This document shows, piece by piece, positions 13,001 to 25,346 of a stretch of DNA of 64,000 nt (position 1 is its first letter; each line of letters begins with the position of its first letter). The DNA is from Geosiphon pyriformis uo1 (lineage: Eukaryota; Fungi; Glomeromycota): positions 2,278,200 through 2,342,199 of the forward strand of contig JAAOMT010000009.1 of NCBI GenBank assembly GCA_016748015.1, written 5' to 3'. The translations under genes were made by a program, and so were the position numbers. Below the pieces are notes generated by a model. It searched no databases. It was not told the DNA's origin and saw nothing but the letters and a program-made list of their open reading frames with translations.

Positions 13001-15635
13001 AAAGCTTCTTTTTGCAATCTTTGTATTTTAGTGGGATATATAATAGTTTTTTTTGTGGTTCTGGTGTAAAATATCTAACTTTCTTCTATTCTTTTGATTC
13101 TTCAAAAATCTCCTGTTCTGTTTTTTCAGCCCAATTGGATGTGGATCTAAGAGCCATATAAGTTTCAGTAAGTGGCATTTTCTTCTTCTTCTCAAATTCA
13201 AACACTGGGGCTTTTTCTAATTATTTGTTAAAAGTGCCACAAGTAGCAGATATTATGGTGTATTGTTCTTGGTATAAGATTTTAAGTTCCTGAGTTTTCC
13301 AATCTAACTTTGCATTGGCCATGAGAAGCCAATCATTTCCAACAAGAGCTTGGTATTGGGGTGTATCCATAACTAAAACTTTAATTGGAATGGTGATTCC
13401 ATCAATGGTAAATGGGAAGTTGTTAATTTCTCCTACTAATGTTTTTTTCATACTATTTGCTGTAACAATTACTGTTTGGACTGGTCTGTCAATATTTTAA
13501 TTAAGTTGTTGTATTAATTAATAAGTGATAATACTTCCAGCAGATCTACTGTTTAGGATTAATTGGATGGGCTTTTCTTCTATTGTTGCTTTAGTATACA
13601 TGGCAGTAATAGCTTTTTGCTTATTGACTGCTACATTGCTAAGCAAGAATGGTGATTTATTTGCTTCAAATTCGAATGAGAATATATCTGAAAGATTGGT
13701 ATTTTGGGCAATTTGGGTTAGTAGAATAATATTGTTGAAAGAATTTGATTTTGGTGTTACAACTTCATTTTCAGAAAGTGCAGTTTGTTGAAAATCCGAT
13801 TCTTCAGACATTGTAAGATAGCTGGGTTAAGTGTAATAGTGATTTGGTCTTTGCTGACCAGAATTTCGGGAAACTAACTAGTTATTTGGATTGATTCTGA
13901 ATTGATTTTAAGGTGTGAATTGGTTATGTTAAACCAATCTTCTGGCTGGTACTTGATATTGTTAAGTGGGTGGTGTCTAATATTGCTGAATTGGTAAAGG
14001 TTGCTGATATTGTTGCTGCATTGGTTGTGGAGCTGGTTAATAGTAACTGTTTTAATTTTGTGGTCTTGGTAAATAATAAGTTGGTGGTAGAGATTGATAA
14101 TAGGATTGTTGTGGTAAAGGGTAACGTTGATTACTCCTGTTTTGTTGGTCTCTCTGTAATTTTTTACAATCTCATTTCCAGTATCCTAAAATCTCACAAT
14201 AATGACAATTTTTAGGTTGGTTGTTGAATGGTGATCCAAAGTTGTTTTGGTTGTGTCATTGTGATGGTTAATATCTTTGTGGTTGCTGCTGTTGTTGTTG
14301 ATTTGTAAAGTAGTTTTCAACCTTCTTTGTGAGTTGGTCTATCTTTTTTTCAGCTGCTGAGCTGGTTTTTCCAATAGCTAGGTTTACAAATTTGATGTAG
14401 TTTGCTTCTTTCATTGCCATTTTATAGTTCTTTGCATGTCTAATGGCAGTTGCTAAGTCTTCTAGAATATGTGGACAAACTTTCTTAATGAGTTTGTCTT
14501 TTAATTCTGCTATGAACTAATCCAGAATCTGGGTATTGGAATAGTATTTATTGGTTTCCAATTGTCAAATTCATCGAAGAAGTTTATTGAATCTTCCAAG
14601 ATAAGTCATAATAGTTTCAGATGTTTTTTGTTTGATATTGTGAAAGCAATTGTGAAGAGTAATAAAGGTATTGTTGTCAGTGAATTGTTATAAGAAAGCA
14701 TCTTTGAATGCTTGCCAGTTCTTAAATAGTTCTTCTAAGTTTTCAAACTATTCTTGTGCAGTTTTTTGGAGAAAATATGGGATTGCTTTAAGCATTCTTG
14801 CTGTATTCTAACCATTTACATCTCCTGCTTTTTGAACTTTGTCAAGCCATTTTTGAGGACTGGTATTATTGTTTTCACCAGTAAATTCTGAGATTTTTGC
14901 AATATAAGCAGTTGCCATTTCTTCTTCATTTTTTGTAGTTTCTTCTTGTTCTAATTTAGTTTCTTCACTTTCCAAGTTTTTTGATTGATTACTTTTGTTT
15001 TCTTGTAAGTAATCAATAATATTGGTGCTTGTTAATATGGGTTCCTGTTGTTGAGTAAGACTTTTAGGTGACTAAAAATTTTTTAGTCTTGAAAAATAGA
15101 TAAGTGGTAAATTTGGTGTTTGTGATTGAGCAAGTAAAATTAGAAATAGTGTAATAAAAAGTGGTAATTTAACACTGGTTCTTTGTTCAGGTGTTTGCAA
15201 GTGTTTGGCAGTTGTCTTTGGTAGTATTGAAGTGTTTGAAGTGGTTCTTGAGTATTGTTTCACTTTTTGTTTGCCTTTGTTGCTTGTTTCTGTTTCTGAT
15301 TCAAAGTCAAGAAAGTATTTGAACTGTACTGGGTATTTTTTTTTACAATACTCAATAATGTTAAAATTAAGTTCTTGAAAGTAGGTAGCAAGTGTTTCAC
15401 TGTTCAGATCTTCTATTCCCAATTGTGAATAGTGCACTAAATTATTGTAGAGATTGTTTCTAACTTCTGAAATGTTGTAGTTTCCAAAAAAATAGTTGTT
15501 GATGCAATTTTTAATGTATTGGTATAGTGATTTTTTGAAAATTTCAATTCTGTCTTGGATGTTGAATCTTTGCTTGCAGTGTGTATAGATTAACTGGTAA
15601 TACTTTAGAGTTGTTGTATCTGGTGTGATCGCCAC
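10030..15635 (-). pseudogene. ORF1 of A1: gag-PR-Cys-rich-dUTPase-RT-RNase H
   Basis: Capsid MATAYIAKISEFTG at 14918; LILNSRSAGS; dUTPase ~12300-11875; RT VVYLDDTNV near 10840; RNase H ATDALH; stop at 10032-10030. Confidence 0.9.
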
Positions 15636-15680
15636 TTTGAATATATTGTTGCTGTGTTATTTTTATGAGAGAGCACCAAA

Positions 15681-16653
15681 TGTTATCAGAGGTTTTTGGT
15701 CTCTTTTCTTGAATGTTGTTTAATATTGATTTGCTGTGAATTCATGTTTTTAGAAAGTAGTTGGATCTCCAATAACTGAATTTATCTTCAAATTATCTCC
15801 TATAATTTGAACTGTTGGACTTATAAGTGGAATGAATAATTTCATGCCAGTTATTTTGTGTAGTTATGTTGTAGTAAACATCAACTTTTTCCCAGAAATT
15901 GCTTGTCTGGAAGCTCACTAAAATGTGTAGTTACTTTGTTGTAAAAGTCAACTCTTCTACAAGAATCTTGTCTGTAGGCTATCCTAATGATTATAATAAA
16001 AAAATAAAAGAAAAATAAAAGAAATATAAAAGAAATAGAATTGTGTTAAGAGAAACGTTTTTTATTCAGGCCTGGAGTTATTAACAGATTATTGAAATTA
16101 GTAGTTAATCAATTTTAAATCATTAGTTTTGTGTTGAGAAAATTTCAAGTGTAATAATCAAAAAATTTGGTTTTTGAATATTTAATTTTTATTTGATTTT
16201 GTAAAAGATGATTTGTTTCAATTAAGATATCTAAAGTAAGATACTATAATAAAATACTATGAGAAGATACATTTTCTTAAAGAGAAAAGCTCTTTTTTTA
16301 TACAATTTATTGTAGTACTAGTCTTTGAACTTACACTTTTCTCTTTGCTACAATTTGGGTGAACTAAAGATATATTTTGGCAAATTATAAGTTATTTTAC
16401 TGAACTATTAATTATTTTAGCCAATTTTCATTAATTTTGGCAAATTTTGACTATGTTAAATGGTTTAGGGTATTGTGTAATTTGATCATCTTAATTTCTA
16501 GAATACAAATTGAATTATTAATTAAGTAATAATTTTTGATAATTTGATTAAATAACAAGTGATAATCAAAATAATAATAATATATGCTAATTAATAATAG
16601 GAATTATGAGGGTAATTTTATGCTAATTAATAGTTAGAATTCTACTAATAACA
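15681..16653 (-). repeat. 5' LTR of A1
   Basis: Pairs with 6791-7763; followed on the minus strand by TTTGGTGCTCTCTC (PBS). Confidence 0.95.
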
Positions 16654-16923
16654 TTATAATCAAGAGTTATTGTTCCAGTATAATTAAGTGTTGAATATTA
16701 TTAATATAAAGTGTCAATAATAGAGAGTTAAGTCAGATTTTCAATTAAGTAATAGTAACATATATAAAGTAATAATAGATATGGTTTTATTTAATCTTTG
16801 ATGATTTTTACTTCAGTTAATAATAACTATTCTTAAAGTGATGAAGGAGAGAAAAAAATGGGAATTTTTATCCTAAGTAAAAAATTCGTACTTTTCTTGT
16901 TTCTAATGCTACTACTATATATA
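16654..16923 (-). repeat. 5' LTR of D, middle segment up to the TATA box
   Basis: Continues 6790 after the TSD; homologous to 38821-38998. Confidence 0.8.
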
Positions 16924-17021
16924 CAGAGGGGTATAAAAAGTATTAAACACTTTTATAATATGTTATATAAAAAAACTAAATTATGAATTGTTAATTTTTT
17001 ATTATTATATTAAAATACATG

Positions 17022-17940
17022 TTAGTATTTTGTTTGACCCCCATTTGCTTTAAGAATAACTTGAACTCGACGTGGCATAGACTTGATCAAATTATAATAG
17101 TAATTTACAGGTATCATATCTCATTCTTCCTTAACCCACTGTTCCAATTGTACAATATTTGAGGGTTGTGAATTACATTGACAAATTTTAACTTCAATAT
17201 ATGACCAAAGATTTTTTATTGGAGTAATATCAGGACTTTGTGCTAGCCAAAGAAGTAATTCAATATTTGAAGAGATAAGAAAAGAATATGCGACTTTTAA
17301 TATGTGAATTGGTGTATTGTCTTCCTGAAAAAAAACTTTTTTTTAGTTTTTTTTGCATGAAGTTTTATCATAAAAATTGCATAATTAGCCAAGGTTTTGT
17401 GGTGTATAACTCCAATAATATAACCAATCAAAGGAACTAAAGGACCCAAACCAACTCATGAAAAACATCCCCAAAACATGTGACCAAAGCTTTTTCTAAC
17501 TGTGGCCGTAATACAATCCTTATGAAAGTTTTCAGAAGATTTATGTCATACACGTCCAAATCCTGTAGTCCTAAATTGTGTATATGTAGATTCATTTGAC
17601 CAAACAATTTGTTTAAAATCTTTTACTGTCCAATTTTCATAAGTACAAGTCTATTGTAAACATTTTTTTTTATTTGATTTGAAAATTAATGGCTTGAGAC
17701 AAAGAATGCATAAGCAAAATCCTTCTTGAGCTAATCCATTTCGAATATTTTATATAGAAATAAATTTGTTAGTATCTTTAATAAAATTCAATCATATTTG
17801 AGAAAAAGTTTGGCAGCGGGTTTTTTTATTCTCCATTATTGAATATTTGAGTTGTTCACGTGCACATTTGTCAAGAATTTGTGGTTAGCCCATTCATTTT
17901 TTAGGAAGTTTTTTTAGCTTATATGACTTCCATACATGTA
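17022..17940 (-). pseudogene. Tc1 transposase, catalytic part (DD34E, decayed)
   Basis: IVWSNES, HMFWGCF, FQEDNTPIH, WLAQSPDITPIKNLW (34 residues between D and the E>K position), LIKSMPRRVQVILKANGGQTKY*. Confidence 0.92.
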
Positions 17941-18082
17941 TTATAGAAAGATGAGTTTTTTTCTCTCATTGATTCCCTGACCACAACAAAAGTGAAAGAT
18001 AATTTTAAAGAAATTGCTTTTTTTTTCCCTCTCCCCTCAATCCCTGTTAACTATTTCTTCTAACTTACCTTTATTTGTTGCA

Positions 18083-19958
18083 ATGGAACCAGTGGACTTG
18101 TCTGCTGGTGGTTCTGGTTCGGGTTTGGCTGGTTTGAGGACCCGCCAGAATGTTAAAAACAAGCGTATTGATACAGTCTATTCCCATGGTGTGTCCTACA
18201 AGAAGCCTAAAAAGCCTGCAGCTGGCATTTTGGTTGAGTTGTCTGCTGGTCTTCTATGTTTGGAAGATTTGGCTGGTAATGATGGTAACCTGGTCACATC
18301 CTGGGGAAGCAAAATGGATAGTGTTTCTGGCAGTGTAAGTAGTCTTTCAGATGTCAAGAATTTGGAGAACATGATTGCTGAGGAGACAAGCTATGTTGAT
18401 TCAGATGAGGATGACAAAATGAATGAGACTACGCCGCGAAAGACTTGTACTGAGATGTATGTATTGGAACAACCTCTTAAGGTGCCTCTATTTGCTACTA
18501 TGAATGATGATGATGACAATTCCGTGTTGCCACCTCCTAAAATCAGTGGGTCCAATCAGCTGCCCTTTTCTAAATCATGTGTTCTCAAAAGTCATAGTTT
18601 CAGGCCAGTAAAATCAAAAAATTTTTTACAAAATTAATGGTTTTGGGGGAGCTTCAACTCCCTCAAAATTTCCTGGTGTTATTCATTCAACTTTCACAAA
18701 TGAGTATAGTTTGATTAAGGCCAGGAAAATGACAGTCCATAAAAAAATTGCAGTCAATAGTGATCTTAAAAAAACAAACATTTGTTCAAATTGGGAAGTG
18801 ATTGTTAAGAAGATCCCAGTTGATCTTCCAAAGTTGGCTGTGGAATCTGTTTTTTCTAAATTTGGCAAGATCGTTTCCATCAAGATGCAATTGATTGGTC
18901 TTTGGCAAAAGGCCTTGATTGAATTTGAGTCATCAAAAGTTGCCAGTTTGGTCACTTCTAAGTGGTCTGTTCTTGTAAGAAAAGATTTGGTTTGTGTAGC
19001 ACTGGCTGTCAATGATAAATAAACATGGATGTCAAGAAATTGTCATCAAGCTTTGCTCTATACTCTTTCAGTAGGTACTTCAGCCCATGATCTGTCAGAG
19101 TTGTTGGTATCATATGGTGGGAAGACTTGTTTCATTGGCTGCAATCTTGGTTCATATATCTGTGATCAGTGTGCAATTATTTGTTTTGAGAATAAGGATG
19201 CCAGATTGGCTGCTGTTAGTACTGTTCCAATTTTCAAGGGTATTAGTTTGCATTGGGCTAGTCTTGTTTTGGCTAGCTGTACCAAGTATAAACAGTTTGG
19301 TCATATCACTACCAACTGTTCTGTGAGTGGAAGTTCTGGTGTTTGTAGGAAAAAAGTGGTTTCTGATCAGGATCGGGTTCATTTGGCTGGTATATATAAA
19401 AAGAAGTTGGCTCCTATTGCTCGTCCAGTTTTGTTTGGTAGCAAAACATGGGCCCAAGTTGCTAGTGACATCTCTTCCCATGTGTCTCTTTCTGGTTCTC
19501 CTGGTTCTGGTTTGTGTTCTGGTTCAGTTCCTCTTTCAGCAGTCTCTGATCATCTTGTTGTTTTCCATTTGAGTGATTGTTTGGCAGTTTTGGAATGCTC
19601 TTTGGAGGTTTTGGCTGACCGTGTTTCTAGCATCTTGATTAGATTGGATTCCTTTGGTGTGGTTCTTTTGGTTCTTTCTTCCCTGGCCCCCTCTTCTGTT
19701 GTTTCTGCAGCTTTGAGTTCTGAAGTGGACTCAGATATGATTGTGGACAATGCTTTGAGTTCTTCTAATATTACTTCTCTTGTTACTATTGATGCTGTTG
19801 TTGACTTTAGCACTAGTAGTTCTAAAGTTCTTACTGCTAAAGTGGGCAGTTTGGAGACAAAATTGGTCGCTTTGGAGGCTTCAGTTGGTTTGGTTTTGGA
19901 TAAGTTAAATCTTCTGTGCTCTGCTTTGGGTCTGTCAACTTCCACATCATCTCAATGA
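18083..19958 (+). pseudogene. LINE ORF1 (RRM-like domains, zinc knuckle)
   Basis: VIVKKIPVDLPKLAVESVFSKFGKIVSI (RRM-like); CTKYKQFGHITTNC (decayed CCHC); C-terminal coiled-coil-like VGSLETKLVALE. Confidence 0.8.
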
Positions 19959-22900
19959 CTCACTTAATTTGGAAGATTGCCACATATAATATTAAAGGTA
20001 TGAACATTTGTGCAAAGCAGGCAGACATTGTGCATTGGCATAAAGATATGAACAATATGGTTTTTATTGTCACTGAAACAAAGTTGAAGGGAAAAATTTG
20101 CCCTTGGATCACTGATAAGTTTGATGGTGTTTGTGTTTTTACTTCTGGACTGGATTCTGGTCACATGGGATCTGGTGTTGCAATCATTTTGGACTCTTCT
20201 TTGGCGAAACATGTGTGTAAAGTTTCAGAGGTGTCTGGTCAGCTTCTGTTGGTTAGATTGCTTTTTTAAGAACAAATTCTCTGTGTCTATTCTGGGACTG
20301 TATGCTGGTGTGTCTTTAGCAGTTCATTTTTTTCAGGCTGGTAAGGTTAACTCTCTCATTGCTAAGACTGTGAATGAATCCTCTTTTGTTATTCTTGGTA
20401 GTAATTTTAATGAGAATGGTTCTTACAAGTGTGCGAGTTTCAAAAAATGTTTCGATTTGAGTTTGATTAACTCTCTGGAGGAGAGCTTCTTCGTAAAGTC
20501 ACCCACTTGGTGCAATTTTTATGGCGTCACTAAAATGATTGACTATGTGCTTATTTCTTTTAATTTGGTTGGTGCAGTGGTGAATCATGGTGTGAATGAC
20601 ATTGAAGACTATTTTGATACTGATTACAAGACTATGTCTGTTTCTGTAGGACTGGGAGGCCTGCTCAATGTCAAGTTGAACTCATTGCGTAAACAAGCAA
20701 ATAGAAATTGTTGGAAGTATGATATCAGAAATGCCAATGAGGTTAAGTGGTCTGAGTTCAGGAATGCTATGGCTGCAAATGCTGTTATGTTCTCGGATAA
20801 GTTTGTTTCAGCTAAGCAGTTTTTTGATCTGGATGCGATGTGGAGCATTGTTTGTAAGATTATGGTTCTTTCAGCTGGTGGAACGTTCAAGAAAAAATGG
20901 TTTAAGGGTTTTGATTGTGTTTTTAATAAGGTGTCTTTCCGGTTTCATAAACTGGAGCTACTAGTGTCTAAACTGGTAAAGGCTTCTCAGTTGGTTTTTG
21001 GCAGGGATTTTGCTTTATTGTTAGATACTTAGTACAGGCTTGATTCTGTGAGTGCTTTACCAGTGAAGTCTCTGTTTCTTTCTGGCTCCAGTTTTAATAC
21101 GATCCATTCTGGGCTGGCTAAGGCGAGGAAGTCTTACCACTCTTCTAAGTTGTTAGAATCTAAGTGTGCTAAAGAATCTTGTATAAAGCAGGCTATTGAA
21201 AGGAGGATGAAAAGTTTTGAGATGAATAAAAGTCATATTATTAGGAGTGTTTTGGAGTGTCCTTTTCATAAAGTGGTGTTGGATCATTTGGTAGATAATG
21301 GGGAGTTGGTCTTGGAGCCTGAGTTGGTTAAATCTAAGGTGGATGAAATCATGGAGGGTTGGACCAAAAAATGTGTGGTGGCTTCTGATATTTCTGATGA
21401 CTAGGCAAAACAATTTCAGTCTTTGGATTATGTCTTTGATGGTGCCTTTTCTAATGTGATACATTCAATCGGTTTTGATGAAATATTTGGTGTTATTTCA
21501 AATTTGCCTGATGGGAAAGTGGCTGGTCTTTCTGGTATCACTAATGAACTTTGGAAATGCTGTAACAAGTCAGTCTTGGATATGCTTTTGGTGCTCTTGA
21601 ATTTTTGTTTAGATCATGAGTTAGTGCCTAAATCTTGGAGGGAAGCATGAGTTTCAATGATTCCTAAACCATACGAGTGGGAGGAAATTCTTATAAATAC
21701 TTGCCCCATTGCTTTGATTGAAACAGCTCATAAGGTTCTTTTCAAGATCCTTTCAGACTGGATCTCTTTGGCTTGTAGCACTTTTGATGTCCTTTGTGAG
21801 GACAATTTCTCTGTTCTAAAAGGTATGTCTACACAATCACCTATCTTTGTTATTGGTTCAGTGATCGAAAATGCTTTGGAAAAGAACCAAAAATTGTGGC
21901 TGGTTTTACAAGATATGCGCAAAGCATGATTCTGTGGGTTGGAAGCATCTCAAGAGGAGTTTGATCAGGATCAAAATGTGTGACAAATTCATCAGATTTT
22001 TTGGTTGTATTCATAATGGTCACACAAACAGAGTAATGATGGATTTTGGTTTGACTGATGGATATCAAATTCACAATGGATTGGATCAAGGAGAGGTTTT
22101 TTCGCCACTTCTTTGGCACATATTTTATGACCCACTCTTGTATAAGGTTAAAAGACAGGAGAGCATTTGTGGTTACAGGTTGATTTCTCATTTTGTTTCT
22201 AAGACTGGCCGGGTAGAATCTCAGGCTGGGCTGACATTGTTTCTGGCCACTAGTGCTTTTGTTGATAATACTATCTAAGTCAGTAACAGCCAGACTGCTA
22301 TACAACACATCCTTAATGTTGCTGGTAATTTTTTTTATTTAAATAACATTTCAATAAACAATGACAAAACTATGGCCATTCCCATCAACTGTCGGGTTAC
22401 TGCTCCTTATCTAACCATCTGTGGTCTGCCAATCTCCATTGCCAGAAGAGGTAAACCTCATCGTTATTTAGGAATTTTTTTATCTTCTGATGGTCTTTCA
22501 AAGCCCAGCTTGGTTAAGACACATTCAGATGTTTGGTTTTTCACCAATTACATTCTAAAAAAAGTTGTTTCAGATAAACAGTTTGCTTATTTGGTGTCTT
22601 TAGTTCTCTTTCCTATTGTCAGCTACAGAATTCAGTTCAGTTATATTCCTCTCAGTGTGTGTAATAAATAGGACATTTTGATTCACAAGGGCCTGAAATC
22701 TAAATCTGAGCTGTCTCTGGACTTTCCCAATAATGCACTTTATCATCCTTCTTTGTACAATTTAAAGACTTTTGAGCAGATTCAGGCTGAAAGCAAGTTG
22801 GCTTCTGTCATTGCTTTTGTGAATTTGTTTGGTGTTTTGGGTCGCTTGTTCTCTCATAGGGCTCACGATTTCCAGGTTCTTAGCTGGCATCCTCGTTACC

Positions 22901-24609
22901 CTTTGTTGTTTCCAGTTCATGTTAAAGTTAGCCCTTCGAACAACTTTTTAGCAGGTGTGGTTCGTATTTTTTCTGGGTGTGATTTGTCTTTGGGTGATTC
23001 TCTGGCCAGTGCTTTTTGTCTTCAGAGCAGTACTCTTATGTCTCTAGTTCTTGGCAAGACAATTTTCTTCAAATGTGTCTCTTCCCTCAGACATTATGGT
23101 ATTGCTTTCATAGAACAGCTTTGTAACCAGAATGGCATTGTTTTTGACTAGAAAACTTTCAAGCATTGGAAAAGACTAGACCTCCGTGGCCTGGTCCCCT
23201 CATGATTTGATCTCTTGATATATTTTCTTGGTGGTGTAGCTTCTCCTTCTGGTCGTTCTCCTTATGAGGGTGTTTGTGGCTCTTTTAACATTCATCAGTC
23301 TCTTAATTTTGGTGTTATTTGTAATAATCTGTTGAATGTTGGTGCCGCCCACCTCTCTATATACACAGATAGATCTCTGAGTAACTTAGACACTGTTGAC
23401 ATGTTGGCTGGTGCTGTGGTTTTCTTTGAGAACATTGATTTGGGTCTGGGTGTGGGGGTTTTTGGTTTAGTTTCTTCTATTTTGGCGGAGTTGCAGGCCA
23501 TTGCTTTAGCTCTTGAGTGTATTCCTTCTTTTTGTTTGGTTGACTTGTTCTTGGACAGCCAGATGACTATAGATACTTGCAAGTTGGAGTCTTTATTGGT
23601 TGGCCCTAATTTCAGGAATTGTTGTTGGATTGAGCATTATCACATTGCCAATGTTATTCATCGCAAATATTTGGATGTTAATTGGATTAAGATTAAGAGC
23701 CATTCAGGTGTTTCAGGCAATGAGCATACTGATGCACTGGCTAAGAATGCTGCCTTTTCTGTCTGGCATCTGTCTTACTTGGTCAGTGAGAGATTTTTGA
23801 AGGCTGGTGTTGATACAGTTTCTGGTAATTTGAGGCATTTTGTTCATAACATATTCAAGTCAATCCATTGCGCACATTGGGAGGTTGGTTCTGGTTCCCA
23901 GGTTGTTCCAGATTGTTTGCGTATAGCACCCGGATTCTCACATGGTGACTGGTTTTATTAGTATTCGGATGGCTGGCTTTCGTACATATTTCATGAAAGC
24001 TCTTCATCATTGCCTTCCTGTTGCTGTGTAAAAGCGTCTGTATAATAGGAGTTATTCCAGTGTAGTTTGTTTGTTCTGTGGTGAGGTTGAAGTCTCAGAC
24101 CATGTTTTTTCTTGCTCTTCTGATGCTGATAGTTACACCGGTTTGTTGGACACTTATGCAGCTGCCTGGGAGGTGTGTTTTGGTCTGTCTTGTTCTTTTT
24201 TGTGTGTATCGCAGTTGTTGTCGACTTGCATTTCAGATGTGACTATCAGTATGACCCTGTGTAAAGGCTTTGTTTTTGGCAATTGGTATTGAGAGTCTGT
24301 TTCTGTTTACAAGGATCCTAAGATGGTAGTAGTTAGTGTTATGAATTTTGTACATGAGTTTTGTCTTGCATTTTGTGATAATATCTGGCTGGTCTATGTG
24401 AAACACTGGGCCATTATGGAGAAAAATAAGCTGATTCTATGTGATGGTTCTATTCCTGTCGCTGTTTCTGGTTTTTCTACATGGCTTTTGGCTGGGTGAT
24501 CAAGTTATTGGGTGTTGCTGATGCACTTGGCATCAGTTTTGGGTATCGTAAGCGTTGTTTGTTTTATGCAGGTGTTGGTGACATGGTTTCTGTTCATATA
24601 AGTGCGTAG
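19955..24609 (+). pseudogene. LINE ORF2: AP endonuclease - RT - RNase H - zinc finger
   Basis: KIATYNIKG, TETKL, IDYV (APE); PIALIE, QDMRKA, GLDQGEVFSPLLW, AFVDNT, YLGIF (RT); YTDRS, AELQAI, LDSQ, SHSGVSGNEHTDALAK (RNase H); CLFCGEVEVSDHVFSC. Confidence 0.93.
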
Positions 24610-24745
24610 TGTTGTTTTGACTAGTCTGAGTGTCTGGTCACATGTAGCAAAGGCATGATTCATGCCTAGTTTAGATCATTTGTATGATGTATAGCATTAG
24701 GTGGCATTTGGACTTCACTCATTAAACTTTAATAAAAAAAAAAAA

Positions 24746-24863
24746 TTACAGAAAAATGTGAACATCCAATAGTTGTAGAAATCTCATTGTTTGTATGTTC
24801 TAACTTTATTGCTAAAATAATCCCTCTTTTTTGGTATTCAGAAAGTTTTTTTCCAAAACACAT
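24746..24863 (-). pseudogene. Tc1 transposase N-terminus (HTH)
   Basis: MCFGKKLSEYQKRGIILAIKLEHTNNEISTTIGCSHFSV; joins 17940 in frame across the LINE TSD. Confidence 0.85.
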
Positions 24864-25082
24864 TTGATGTGGTAAATTTTTTCATGACAAGAATGTTTGA
24901 TATTTTATATATATACATATGATCCACTGTTGTGTTTTACAAGGACGTGATTTATGTTGATTTGTAGATTATAACTATAAGTAATTATAAAAAAAATTAT
25001 GGCTTAAATTGGTAATGGTATTACTATATATAGTCTTTTTTATATATTATATTAAGTGTCCAATACTTTTTATACCCCTCTG

Positions 25083-25346
25083 TACATAATTTTCTTTACA
25101 TGAGAAATCTTTTTTCTTTGCTAAATTTCTTACAAAATTTTTAATTTCTTGAAACATCCAGGATTTCCTGAAAAATTCTCAACTTTTCTGAAATATCTTG
25201 GATTTCTTGAATAATCCTGAATTTTCTAAAACATTCAAGATTTTCTGAAAAATCTTTTTTTTTCTTCTTCTATTCTAATTGGCTAATGTGTTTTTTTTCC
25301 TCTTTTTAATTATGTATTATTTTTTTCTCTTTTTCTAAGTATAACA
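25083..25346 (-). repeat. 5' LTR of D, U3 segment
   Basis: Starts TGTTAT at 25346; CCAAT near 25280; TTCCTGAA-like array; rejoins 16923 to rebuild the TATA box. Confidence 0.85.

Larger units (their letters stand above)
6791..16653 (-). mobile_element. Full-length Ty3/Gypsy element A1 (9.86 kb) with dUTPase
   Basis: Two 973-bp LTRs, PBS 15678-15663, PPT 7764-7779, and a 4-bp TSD CCAT/TTAT within the LTR of D. Confidence 0.95.
17954..24745 (+). mobile_element. Full-length LINE (6.8 kb) with RNase H
   Basis: AATAAA running into poly(A) at 24731-24745; 13-bp TSD TTATAGAAAGATG (17941-17953) / TTACAGAAAAATG (24746-24758). Confidence 0.93.
16924..25082 (-). mobile_element. Tc1/mariner DNA transposon (~1.35 kb once the LINE is removed)
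   Basis: 29-bp TIRs CAGAGGGGTATAAAAAGTATT(AA/GG)ACACTT at 16924-16952 and 25054-25082; TA TSD on both sides. Confidence 0.95.
1..25346 (-). mobile_element. Ty3/Gypsy element D, internally deleted, host of E, A1 and the Tc1(LINE) insertions
   Basis: The 5' LTR is in three pieces (25346-25083, 16923-16654, 6790-6360), followed by PBS 6357-6341 and the gag start. Integrase, ORF3 and PPT lie at 1670-44. Bases 1-43 match 25304-25346, the LTR start. Confidence 0.85.

Noticed and set aside
10030-15635. Alternative genetic code to explain the many in-frame stops
   Set aside because: Stops fall at different positions in each copy and replace Trp, Gln and Arg codons by single transitions.
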